NCBI RefSeq assembly: GCF_018350175.1
Contig: NC_058384.1
Location: forward strand, 68,014,001 to 68,078,000
Origin: Felis catus
Taxonomy: Eukaryota
Length of the DNA: 64,000 bases
Reading direction: 5' to 3'
Every line of letters begins with the position of its first letter. Position 1 is the first letter of the stretch. This document shows positions 9,101 to 20,100 of the stretch, in pieces. A program made the translations under genes and the position numbers. The notes beneath the pieces are model-generated. The model searched no databases and was not told the DNA's origin. It saw only the letters and a list, made by a program, of their open reading frames with translations.

Positions 9101-11885
9101 GAGGGGCCGGGCGTGAGAGCCCGCGAAAGAGAGGGCCCAGAATCGCGGAGAGCGCGAGGATGCGGATGGAACTGAGGCTGGGGACGAAGGGAGGCCTGGG
9201 GGGAGGCAGGCGCGCAGGGTTCGGCGGGGAGGCCCGCAGACAGCACTGCCCAGACGGCTCTGAGCGGCGGCGCGGGGGTGCGGGGCACAGGCTCGTGGCC
9301 GGGAGGAGACACGCAGGGGACAGGCCACCAGGGACCTGGTGCTGCCTCAATAAATATTTGTTGAATGAACGTGTGAATGAAAGCGAGATCAGCAACAGAA
9401 ACATTCCAGAGAGAGGGGTAGGAGCCAGCCAAGGGAAGAGGTTCCGGGCTTCCTGAGTTAGGGGCGAAGGACGACACCTTGCTTAGTTCTGCGAAGAAAC
9501 GAGGCACAGACCAGGGGGCATACACATTTGGCCATCAGCTGGTCCGCCCACCCCCACCCCCAATTCAATTCCGGGCTCAGGGGACCCCTCGACCTCACAT
9601 TCTCCTTCTTCCCTCCAGTATAGTACCGCCCCCCCCCCCCCATCCCCAGTTTCTGGGCCACGTTGGGAACTGGTCTTCCCAATTACAGGGGAGCACACGG
9701 AGGGGCTGAGTCGGGGGACAGGGGGCGAGATCATGACCGCTGTGCGGGGCACAGCCCCCAGGTCTGTCAAAGGAGGCCTCTGCACGTGTCCCACCAGCAC
9801 CCTCCCACGTGACCCCAGGAGGCGGGGTCGCAAGACCCTCTCCACGTGACCCCAAGGGGCAGAGACCCTCAGCACGTGATAGGGGGGTGGGAGCCCGGCG
9901 CCCAGCTCACGTGACCGGGGGGAGGGGGCGCGGGAGCCTGTGGCTCGGCCCGGCCCCGCCCCCAGCTCCCTGGCCCTCTCCACTCCCGGCTCCCGAGCAC
10001 GTCGCTCTCACGATTTATGGGGCCGCGGCTGCCGCAGTGAGGGAGCCGGGGAGCCCGGGCGCAGCGGCAACAAAGGCCGAGGAATCGAGGCGGGGGCGGC
10101 GGCGTCCTCCCTGCCGGGTGCGCGCCCCCTCCCACCTCTGCCGGTCCAGACCCGTGGGGGGGGGGACGCGAAGGACGGAAAGGAGGCTCCCGGAACCGGG
10201 CGCCCCCACCCCCTCCCAGGGCCTTCACCTGCGCCCAGGTGTATGCGGGGGAGGGGAACCTGATCAACAGCGTCGCCCACCGCCCCCTCCCCGGCCATTC
10301 CGGCATACTCCCGGCCCCGGCTTCCCTTAAGAACGCGGGGGTGCCCCAAGGGTGGTGGGGCCCCAGGGTCCCTCACCTGCGTACTCGCCACTCCCCGCCA
10401 GACTCTAGCGGGGCGGGGGGCGGACGTGCGAGTCTGGGGGAGGGGGACGAGCTGGATAGAACCGGGGAGTCCGCCCCCAGCACCCCCCGGAGTTCTTCGA
10501 GTCCCGCTCCGGGGGGCGAGGGGNNNNNNNNNNNNNNNNNNNNNNNNNNNNNNNNNNNNNNNNNNNNNNNNNNNNNNNNNNNNNNNNNNNNNNNNNNNNN
10601 NNNNNNNNNNNNNNNNNNNNNNNNNNNNNNNNNNNNNNNNNNNNNNNNNNNNNNNNNNNNNNNNNNNNNNNNNNNNNNNNNNNNNNNNNNNNNNNNNNNN
10701 NNNNNNNNNNNNNNNNNNNNNNNNNNNNNNNNNNNNNNNNNNNNNNNNNNNGCTCCCGGGTCGTCTCCCAGGGTGGGGAGCCAGAGGCAGTGCCGCCGCC
10801 GCCCGGGCAGGAGTGACAGTGACCCCCCCGCCTCCCCAGGGATGCCCCCGACACACAGACACACACGGAGGCGGCCGGGGTGATACGCACGGAGGCACGG
10901 CGGGGAGGAGAGGACAAGGGCAGCGAGGACTGAGCAGACTGAGGACCCGGCCGCCGCGCCACACACCCGGGGAAACCACCCGGCCGCCCTGACACCCGCC
11001 CAGACCGCGGCGGCGCCGGCGGCCACCCCAGCCCAGACGCGGCCGGCCACGCGGACGGCGGCCGCAGCCCCCTCCCCGCCCCCGCCGCCCCCCTCCCACC
11101 CCCAGACGATCGCCGACGCAGACACACAAATCACACACTCAGACACACACGCACACTGACAGCCGCGCACGCCCGCTCACACTCGAGCCACACGCCGTCC
11201 CCAGGCCGGGCGTGTGTGTGCGCGCGCGTGTGACACGCCGACATCTGCCTGCCTCTCTCCCTTTCACCGGTACCCCACGTTTCCGTCGTCACCCAGCAGC
11301 ACCTCCAGGACCCCCGCCTCGGCGACCCAGCCCCCGCTCACCCCAGCCGGGCTTTTCCCCACAATCAAGGCAACCGGTTCGCCTTGGTTCTGGGGCGGTG
11401 CTCGGCCGGACTCCCTGCCTCAGCTCTGGACCCCACTTTTCAAAAGCAAGAGTCCTAGACCCAAGCCCTCGAAAGCCTCACCGTGAAAACAGGTCATCGC
11501 CGCCCCCCCCCAAGTGCGACGGCCCAGCACGGCCCAAGGGGGCGAAGATGGGGGGGCGGTGGGATGGGGGCGCGCGCTATCCCAGCGGCGGGCGCCGAGA
11601 GAAGGCAAGGTGGGGTGCGGCGTCCGCACGGCCCAAGTCCTCCTTCCCAAACCTCAACAGCCTCTTTCAGACACCCCCCCCCTCCCCGAGTTTCGCGGAC
11701 GCCCACAGACTGTGTGCCCCGGTCCCTCGCCCCCAGCCCCCAGCCGTGTCTCCCAGGACCCCCACCGCAGGTGCCCTCAGGACTCCCCCTCTCGCCGCCG
11801 CGGGACGCGCGGGCTCCCCGGGCCCCCGACTCACTGCTGGTTGGAGCTGTTCCAGTACACCGCATGCCGGTTCCCCAGCGCCCCC
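3194..11885 (-). CDS. EFNA3: Ephrin-A3, GPI-anchored Eph ligand; 5 exons, start codon hidden in N gap 11886-12117
   Basis: Exons (minus): e1 visible 11885-11835 (GALGNRHAVYWNSSNQ, donor GTGAGT), e2 5936-5623 (LRREGYTVQVNVNDYLDIYCPHY...GPGAGPGPGGG...FSEKFQRYSAFSLGYEFHAGHEYYYI), e3 3858-3793 (TPTHSLHWKCLRMKVFVCCAS), e4 3613-3536, e5 3324-3194 (EDFEGENPQVPKLEKS...IAFFLMTLLAS, TAG). All introns are GT-AG and phases are consistent. The ephrin domain, Gly-Pro loop and hydrophobic GPI tail are typical of EFNA3. The ATG is expected near 11960, inside the gap. Confidence 0.97.
4255..5616. repeat. Minisatellite, ~42-55 bp degenerate unit, ~25-27 copies, in EFNA3 intron 2
   Basis: Recurring unit ggcc(a/g)tcactcaggtactctttaggccccgcc(c/t)c(t)gggaccccaccccct, plus a short variant lacking aggtactc. 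Counted by eye from the ttagg/ttcgg cores. Confidence 0.92.
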
Positions 11886-12320
11886 NNNNNNNNNNNNNNN
11901 NNNNNNNNNNNNNNNNNNNNNNNNNNNNNNNNNNNNNNNNNNNNNNNNNNNNNNNNNNNNNNNNNNNNNNNNNNNNNNNNNNNNNNNNNNNNNNNNNNNN
12001 NNNNNNNNNNNNNNNNNNNNNNNNNNNNNNNNNNNNNNNNNNNNNNNNNNNNNNNNNNNNNNNNNNNNNNNNNNNNNNNNNNNNNNNNNNNNNNNNNNNN
12101 NNNNNNNNNNNNNNNNNCCGAAGCCCCGCCCCGGGCGCGCTCCCGCCTGGCCCCGCCCCGCTCGGGCGCCGAGCGCGCGGCGCTGGGGCGGTGGGGGACC
12201 GCGCTGGCCCCCTCCGGCGGCAGCGGCGCGCGCCTCGTCTCTCCCTGCCGGTCTCGAGTTCCCTGGAGAAGGATTAGGGAGGCCCGGACAGGGATCTCGA
12301 TCTCGCGTGAGCACATTCAT
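8600..12320 (-). promoter_or_regulatory. EFNA3 promoter and intron-1 CpG island region
   Basis: Very high CpG/GC density around exon 1. GC boxes (ccccgccccg) at ~12124 and ~12151 lie just upstream of the gap holding the ATG. Two N gaps fall in the most GC-rich parts. Confidence 0.75.
9783..9913. promoter_or_regulatory. Cluster of five CACGTG E-box/HRE motifs in EFNA3 intron 1
   Basis: CACGTG at 9783, 9806, 9843, 9873 and 9908; an additional ACGTG on the minus strand at 9998-10002. Confidence 0.7.
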
Positions 12321-13159
12321 CCCTGGGATGGGGTGGAGGGGATTTGAAAAGAAGCCGGGGGTCCAGGGCCAGTTCCTAAGTGGAGCCAGACCCCCTCCTT
12401 TCTCAACAGTCTGGCTGTCTGCCCCCTCCATGACCCTCTTCCCATGTGAACGAGGAGGCGGGGGGCTCCAGAGGGTGGTGGAGAAGCCCTCAGTTGGCAC
12501 CTAGGACTGAAGCCCCTGGCTGAGCACGAGGCTCGGTTTTTCCTGGAGTGGGGTGGAGGGTCCAGCCCCTGAGAAGGTCAGCACCCGGCGTGCTGGAGGG
12601 GCCTTGGCCGTCGGGGGCCCGCGGAGAGTCAGCTGGAGCAAAGCAGACTTTCCCGGGACGCCTGCAAACAACTCAAGAGGGGCTCCTCCCTGGGCAGCCC
12701 GTGGTGTCCCTAGGCTTTGTCACTGCGCTGCTACGCTCGTGGGGAGAGGGCAGAGGGCAGCGCACCCCGTGGTCTGATGCTCCCCGCGGTCATGCCCTCG
12801 TGGTGACAGGTGAGCACAGACGTTACGCACACACATTCAGACCCCCAGAGGCGGAGAACTTAGACGCACAGAGACAGAGGAACACCCCCTGCGGTGTGCA
12901 ACACACAGTGACTCACACCCAGACCCACATGCACCCTCTGACACACACACAGATCTCTGTGCTCTTCTCCCTTCTTCGCCCAGGAAGTAGGGGTTGAAGG
13001 GAAGGGTCTAGAATCCAGACCGAGGGGGTGTCCACCCCTCATCTCTTCTCTTTCAGAGAACCGTGGACTGAGAGTGACCAGGAGAACCAGGTCTCAGAAG
13101 AGGCTCTGAGATCCCTGGCCAACTCCTGGGCCCAGGGAGACAGGCATGGTGCTCTTTCC

Positions 13160-13356
13160 TTCTTGAGATAGAGAGAGAGAGAGACAGAGCATGGGTGGGG
13201 ATGGGGCAGAGAGAGAGGGAGACACAGAATCCGAAGCAGGTTCCAGGCTCTGAGCTGTCAGCACAGAGCCCGACGCAGGGTTTGAACCCACAAGCTGTGA
13301 GATCATGACCTGAGCCGAAGTCGGACGCTCAACCGACTGAGCCACCCAGGCGCCCC
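13160..13356 (-). mobile_element. Can-SINE (SINEC_Fc type)
   Basis: ...tgagatcatgacctgagccgaagtcggacgctcaaccgactgagccacccaggcgcccc plus a (GA)n segment. Confidence 0.9.
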
Positions 13357-14137
13357 TCCTTTCTTTCTTGAGCGAGGACACACAAGCACCCTTCATCTGT
13401 TTATCCTTGGCAGGACAGGGATCCTGACACAAGTCAGCCTCAGGTGCTGAGTTGGGGGGGGGCAGTGCCACCCAGAATGGGCCCCATGCCCAGCTGGTGC
13501 CAGGCAAGAGCTCCCCTCCATCCCAGGAGATGTCCTCCCTTTCTCAGGGGCCAGAAGTAAATTAGGCCCCTTGGGGTGGGAATGGGAGACTTTGCACACA
13601 GCTCTCTCCCCCCAGACTCTTCATCCCCAGGGAGATTTGTTTCACCCAAAGGATGCTAATCTGCCTGCTCCTGGTGCCACAGATCACAGGGATCCCACCC
13701 CCCCCAACTCCCAGCTCCGCAAAGGGAGGCTGTTCCCCGTAGGGCCCACAGTGGGCGGAGTGGTGGGCCATATGCATATGGACTGGGGGATTGCTGATTT
13801 GGTCTAGGAGTTTGGATTTCATTCTGGAAGCCTTAAATCGCTTTATGTAGGATCTGGGTCCCACTTACGGACTTGGACCCTTTTCCATAGGACCCAAATA
13901 TTCCTGTTTAGACACTAGTACCCCCACATCTATCCTCCAATAATGACTGAGCTCCTTCTCGTTAGAATCTGGAGCCCCTTCTCTAGAATTTAAGCAGCTC
14001 TATCAGGTTTTTAAGTTCTGAGACACCGTCTATACGGCCTAGGCCTCTGTCCATGCGATCTGATGCTGTATCCAGATCTCTATCCAGATGAACTGCTGGC
14101 TGATGTGAGCTTGTGTGTGAATGTGTGCGTGTGTGTG

Positions 14138-14356
14138 TTTTAAGTTTATTTATCTGAGAGAGAGAGAGAAAGAGGGAGAGAGAGACATCAAGCAGGAGAA
14201 GAGCAGAGAGAGGGAGAGAGAGATCCCAAGCAGGCTTGTCAGTGTGGAGCCTGATGTGGGGCTCGATCCCATGAATTGTGAGACCATGGCCTGAGCTGAA
14301 ACTGAGAGTTGGACGCTCGACTGAGCCACCTGGGTGACTGAGCCACCCAGGCACCC
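14138..14356 (-). mobile_element. Can-SINE with small internal duplication
   Basis: SINEC body with gactgagccacc repeated; flanked by a tgtgtgtttta direct repeat. Confidence 0.85.
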
Positions 14357-14384
14357 TTTGTGTGTTTTAGAATAAGCACCCTCA

Positions 14385-14607
14385 GGGGCACCTGGGTGGC
14401 TAGGTTGGTTAAGCATCCAACTTCGGTCCAGGTCATGATCTCATGGTCCGTGAGTTCAAGCCCCGCGTCGGGCTCTGTGCTGACAGCTCAGAGCCTGGAG
14501 CCTGCTTCAGATTCTGTGTCTCCCTCTCTCTCTCTGCCCCTCCCCCACTTGTGCTCTGTCTCTAGCTCCAAAAAATAAATAAATGTTAAAAAAAATTTTA
14601 AAAAAAG
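14385..14607 (+). mobile_element. Can-SINE (SINEC_Fc type)
   Basis: ggggcacctgggtggc...poly-A. Perfect TSD ataagcaccctc at 14372-14383 and 14608-14619. Confidence 0.92.
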
Positions 14608-15065
14608 ATAAGCACCCTCTGTGGGGATGCAGTCCTTCAGGACTTAGATGTGCCCAGTCTTTAGGATACATCTCTTTGCAAGTAGTGTCTTTGTGTCAAA
14701 ACGGGAGGGGGCCCCGTGTGCTTCTCCATCTTGGGGAGGGAGTTTCATGTCAAAAGGTGATGTCACCCTTTACTAGACTCTTGGGTGACTCCTTTGTGCC
14801 ATGCACGAACTGCACAACTGTGTGGCAGTCTTGACATGGGATTTGACCTCCAGCAGTGCTGCAGAGACCTGCCTGTCGGCCTCTGGTCACAGGGTCTTGG
14901 CTTCTCTAGGGATTGGGCCTCTGTGCCTAAGATCAGGGCCACTGTCCCCATGCCTGGCACCGGATCTGAGCCTAGGCCTCTTTCTGTGGGTTCTAGGCCT
15001 CCATTTATATCTGTGACTCAGACCTTTCCTGACGGTGACCCACAGTGAGATGTAGATTTTACAAT

Positions 15066-15069
<4 letters not shown>

Positions 15070-15104
<35 letters not shown>

Positions 15105-15119
15105 GCACACACACACACA
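15070..15119. repeat. (CA)n microsatellite, probably inside an old hAT/MER-like element (~15020-15310)
   Basis: Interrupted CA run. The flanking AT-rich block ends in tagtttgaaacactg. Confidence 0.75.
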
Positions 15120-16383
15120 TTCACATATAACCGGAAAAATACGTTTCATGAGACAATACTTAGCCTTACTGCAGAGGATGCACTCTGGTATTTGTCTCCT
15201 GTTCTAATTTTAAATCTTTTTTAAAGAAAATAAAGCCCTGGTTGAGACCCCTCAAATTTATTCTTGATTTCGCCACCCCAAAGGGTCACAAGCTATAGTT
15301 TGAAACACTGGTGTCAAAGGCCTGGGCCCTGACGGGCACTTGGCTGTAGGGCAGGGACCTCTCTGGGGCTGGGGTTCCCTCCACGGGGCTGGTCCTCCCC
15401 CTAGGGCCTCAGCCCCCCTTCTCCTCACCTCCAGGCTCAGCCTGAATCTCCCTGGGCCCCTGAGTCTTGCTGGTACACCTATGGCCCCCGTGTTCTCTCC
15501 AGGGACACTGGATTCAGGCCCCGGGGAGCTCTCTGAATGCGGTGCCTCACTCCTGCCCCCGCTCCTGGGACCAGGGAAGCTGGGAGCAGAACAGGTCGGG
15601 GGCAGAGGGAGTACTCAGGTGGTGTGTGGCCCAAGGCGGCTCCCAGGACTCGGGTGGCAACCACAGAGCTGAGCTGTGTTCAATAAATCATGGAGGCTAG
15701 GGGCTGGGGGAGGGGGAGACCAGCAGGCAAGGGGGGGGGCATAGATAAATAATTCATTAAACAAATAAACAAGGAGCCTGTGAGCGGGAGGACTGGGCAC
15801 GCGTGTGCGCGGGGGAGGCAGCCGGCGGCTCCAGACATGAAATATTCACGGGTTCCGCACCTTGCCCAGGGCCCGTGCGTGTGCCCAGGGCGGGCTGCGG
15901 GCGTGGTCCTAACACGGGAAGCTGGTGCCCCTGAGGAGGGCGCTGAAGGTACCTTCCTTCCGACTTTTCCAAGTATGTGTGTCGCCTGGCTACGCGGTGC
16001 CCAATGTCCTGCGCGGACGCGGAGCCCCCACGCACGCCTGCGGGCAGGGGACACGGCAACAGGGGGCGCTGCGGCGAGGTCCGGGACATGAGACATGAGA
16101 GTACAGGGCTTGGAGGGCTGGTGGGGTGTAATGACCTCCGACTCTAGCCGCACCCCGGGCCCCTGTAATGGACCCGGCAAACTGCATGGTGGGGGGGGGG
16201 CTCTGGGGCGGTACAGGAGGGTGTGGGTGAACCCCGAGTGTGCCTCCAGGAAAGCTGAGGTGCCGTGGCCTAGCAGTGAACAGGGCGTCTGCTGGCTCCC
16301 TCAGTGCAGCCTGACTCTTGATCTCAGTGTTTGAGGCTCAAGTCCCATGTTGGGGGAAGAGATCACTTAAAAATAACACCTTT

Positions 16384-16578
16384 GTTTTTTTGTTTAATGT
16401 TTATTTATTTTTGAGACAGAGAAAGAGAGGCGGCGGGGGAGGGGTGAGGGTGGCAGAGAATCCCAAGCGGGATCCACACTGTTGGCAGAGAGCCTGACAC
16501 GGGGCTCGAACCCACAAACTGATGTCATGACCTGAGCCGAAGTCGGATGCTCAACTGACTGAGCCACGCAGGCACCCC
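16384..16578 (-). mobile_element. Can-SINE, preceded by a short older SINEC fragment (~16285-16380, plus)
   Basis: tttaatgtttatttatttttgaga...gagccgaagtcggatgctcaactgactgagccacgcaggcacccc. Confidence 0.85.
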
Positions 16579-16849
16579 CTACCCCACCAAATCTTTAAAA
16601 AAAACCAAACAGGATGGGCTTGGGTTTGAATTCCAGTTCTACAGCTCATTGGCGACTCTAGTTACCTAACTTCTCTGGGACCACGTCTTCATCTGTAACG
16701 CAGGCAGAATAATGCCCTTCCTCAAGGAGCTGGTTCTCATGGGAATTAGGACCCACGTCTGGGAAGCACTCCGCACAGTGTTGAAGCCCTATGAGGTGCT
16801 TGACTCGTGGGGTCCTCATGGCTGTCGTTCGTACTCATTTATTTTTAAG

Positions 16850-17185
16850 AATATTTTATTTTCAATATTTTTAAATTTATTTATGTATTTATTAGAGAGC
16901 ATGCGCGTGCCAGCAAGTGGAGGAGGGGCAGGGAGAGAGGGAGAGAGGGAATCCCACGCAGTCTCCGTGCTGTCAGCACAGAGCCCGACATGGGGCTCCA
17001 CGTCGAGAACTGTGAGATCATGACCCGAGCCAAAATCAAGAGTTGGACACCCAACCGACTGAGCCACCCGGGTGCCCCTAAAATGTTTTAAGTAATCTGC
17101 ACATCCAACGTGGGGCTCGAGCTCATAACCCAGAGATCAAGAGTCACGGGCTCCACCTCCACTGACAGAGGCAGCCGGGTGCCCC
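16850..17185 (-). mobile_element. Can-SINE (16850-17079) plus an older SINEC fragment (~17085-17185)
   Basis: Two SINEC bodies, each ending in ...gggtgcccc. Confidence 0.8.
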
Positions 17186-20100
17186 TCGCCACTCATCACC
17201 ATTCGTATTAAGGCATTCGCTCCTGAGGTCTGCCCATGAGAGGCTCGCCCCAGACTCCCTTTTCCGTTGTTCTCCTGCTCTCCAAGCTTCTCTCAAAGCT
17301 GTCACAGTGGCAGAGCTGGCCCAGGGCTTGGGGAGGGGACCGGGGGGCAGGAAACACTTAGATGGAATCCGGGGGAGGGGAGGTTTCAGCCAAAAAACGG
17401 AAAGTCCCCATCCTGGGCAGTATAGAAGGAGGGGTCCCTGACCTTCTCGGGCCGCAAAGCCCCTTAACCCCTAAAACCTTCCCTCGATCCGGACTCTATT
17501 CTCTTTCCTGCCACCAACATTACCTTTCTAGCAGGTGGCTGCAAGGAGACAGAGGGGGTTGGGGTGGGGTCTCTGAGCGGCCTCACAGTGCCGCCTGCCC
17601 CACGACCCCGGCCTCGTTGTCCGAACTCTAGCCCCCACCTTCTGCCTGGTGGTCGGGGGCATCCCTGGTGAGGATGGCTGTGCCTGGGCAAGAGCTGGGG
17701 AAGTGGTGCCCCAGGGTGGGTGGGGGGAACCCAGGCTGCAGAGCACCTCAGAGGGGCAGGGTGGGGTAGCAGGCCTCCTGGTAGGCTCCAGCATTCCCAG
17801 CCCTCTGGAGTCCCCCGGAAAACATCCGCTCCCTGCAGGAGAGAGCCAGCAGGCAGGTCTGAGCTGGCTTCTCCTCCACAGACAGAACAGGTTGGGGGAG
17901 GGGGCCTGAGGCCTCATGGGGAGAGGTGGTTGCAGCCTCTGTGTCTCCCCTGGGGAGCCGGGGACAGAGGGCACTACAGCTTGGGCACACCCCACCACAG
18001 CCGGGGCCCCGGCCCTTGGCCTCCCTCGGCCAGCCCGCCGCCAACTGGGGAGCCAAGCGTCTGGGCCCCCAAGTGTGAAGACGGCGTCTGCCCACCCCTT
18101 CCCAAAGAGCCAACGTCGGTTCCCTGCTTCCCCTCCCCTGGGCTGGGCAGGTTCGGGCTAATCTGCAGCAAACATTGATCTGTAATAAAACCACAGTGTG
18201 TGTTCAGGAGCAGGGATTCCAGACACAGAGAGGTCCAGACAGCACACTTACACACTCTCACACCTACGTACAGACGCAAACATGAGCCCCAGGAGGGCAC
18301 AGGCTGAGCACGGACCCACTCGGACCCACCCACACACACACACAGGCACACTGGGTTCTCCACATCCCCTCCCCGCTTAAACTTTGCCCTTCAAAGCCCA
18401 AGTCTTCTCTGAGAGCCCACTTTCCCGTAGCACTTCATTCGTGGCTCTGTAGTGGCATTTGCACTTGGCATTATAATTATTTGTTGGACGATGTGTCTTC
18501 CGGAGTAATCTGAAGAATCCTTCAGGGAAGGGATCTTGTCTTGTGCAAGTGCCTACCCCCAGCACGCAGCGTGCAGCCTGGTGTTTAGTTAGTAGAGTAG
18601 GGAAGGGGATTCGCAAGTCATTGCCGAGTTGATGCGCGGGGAAGAAATGCACCCAGCCACTGGGCCGGCCGTGCGTGGAGTCCCCAGCAGCACACAGCAT
18701 AAGCAGTGCCCGCTGCGCATGCCTCTGGCCCGGACTTCTGGCCCTCCCCCCCGCCCCCTGGCCCCACTGCCTCCAGGCTTCCTCAAAGGGCCTCCTCTCC
18801 GCCCCTCGCCCCTCGGTTCGGGGTGAGACCACGAATCTAAACTCCACCTGAGGGCTGGCAGGCAAGCTAAGGGTTAATGACACCTCATTAGCGTTTAATT
18901 GGAGGCAGGAAGCTGTCCTGGCACCAGACAGGTGGGCAGGCCCGCCCCTGGCTGCAAGCAGGCGGCCCTAGTCCCAGCACCCTGCTGGGCGTGTGGGTGA
19001 CTTGGCCCCGGAGACCCCCGCCCAGCCCCGGGCACCTCCCCCACCATTTGCTTTGTCAGTTTAGTCGCTAGGCGGTAGGGACCAGCCCTCCCCATCTGTC
19101 AGCAGACGTCCAGGGGGAGAGGCGGACTTCTCTTTCCGCTCTTGCTAGGCTGCGCCCCCTCGCACCCGAGGGGACACCGCCGGCTGGGAGAGGGGTGGGG
19201 TGAGGAACTGGAGAAAGAGAGAGATTACGGAGCTGCTGCGGGATAAAGTCGGGATACAGACGCGCGACAGGGCTGGGATGTGGGGCTGTCTGCTCAATTT
19301 GACCTTAAATGAAGAGAATGCAAATGAGGTGCAGACGAGATGCAGAACAGGAGGTTCTCGGAATTAGCATTCCGAGCGGCGGCGGCTCTGCACCCGCGAC
19401 CCCAACGCCGTCGCCCGTACTCCCCCAGCCCCCAATCTGCCTGCCCGGGGCGAGGGGCACTGACCATTACTTTGAGTGAGAAAAAGATCTTCAGAACGAC
19501 ATCAGCTTGGTTGGGCCAGGGCTGCGGGACCTGGGGGGTCTGGGCTCCACCCCGCCTCCCCTCCCCCGACCCAAACACCACCCAGGCTGCCTCTGGAGCT
19601 CCGGCAAAGACCACTCTCCGGGGTTACGGTCGGACGCACCGTCGGTTGCTATGGGGACCCCCTCCCCGCGTCCAGGCCTGAACCAATGGGCATCACCGCT
19701 GATGACCTCATGCCCCAGGCCCCAGGATTCAATTGGCTACTTGGAAGCCAGGGTGCCCTTCTCCTACTGCGTCACCGCTGGGAATCCCCCGACGCCCCCA
19801 GCTGCAGTGGCCTGCCGGAAGAAGGGCGCTGGGAGCCCACGATTTGGTGAATGAATGAACAAGTAGAGGAAGGAAGGAATCACTGAAAGAGAAGAAAAAA
19901 AGAGAGGGGTCACACAGCCCAAAACTTGGGGATTTCGCTTCTGCGCCCCCGGAAAGCGTGGGGCAGGCCCCGGGGTCGCAGAGTCTCCCTCCCAGGCTCT
20001 GGCGATTCTTGGTGACGCAAAGAGGACCAGAGTCCCCCAACTGCTCGGAGCGACCAGGGCGGGCCCAGCGAATCGAGGGCCCCACCCTGGGCCGTCTAGC

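Noticed and set aside
11886-12117. Missing EFNA3 start codon and signal peptide (possible pseudogene)
   Set aside because: The region is an N gap large enough to hold it, and all visible exons are intact.
5639-12504. Long ORFs of 200-430 aa around EFNA3 exon 1 and intron 1
   Set aside because: Pro/Arg/Gly-rich products of stop-poor GC-rich DNA. Several run through N gaps or are antisense to real exons.
13160-14607. tRNA-like A/B boxes
   Set aside because: These are the tRNA-derived heads of Can-SINEs, not tRNA genes.
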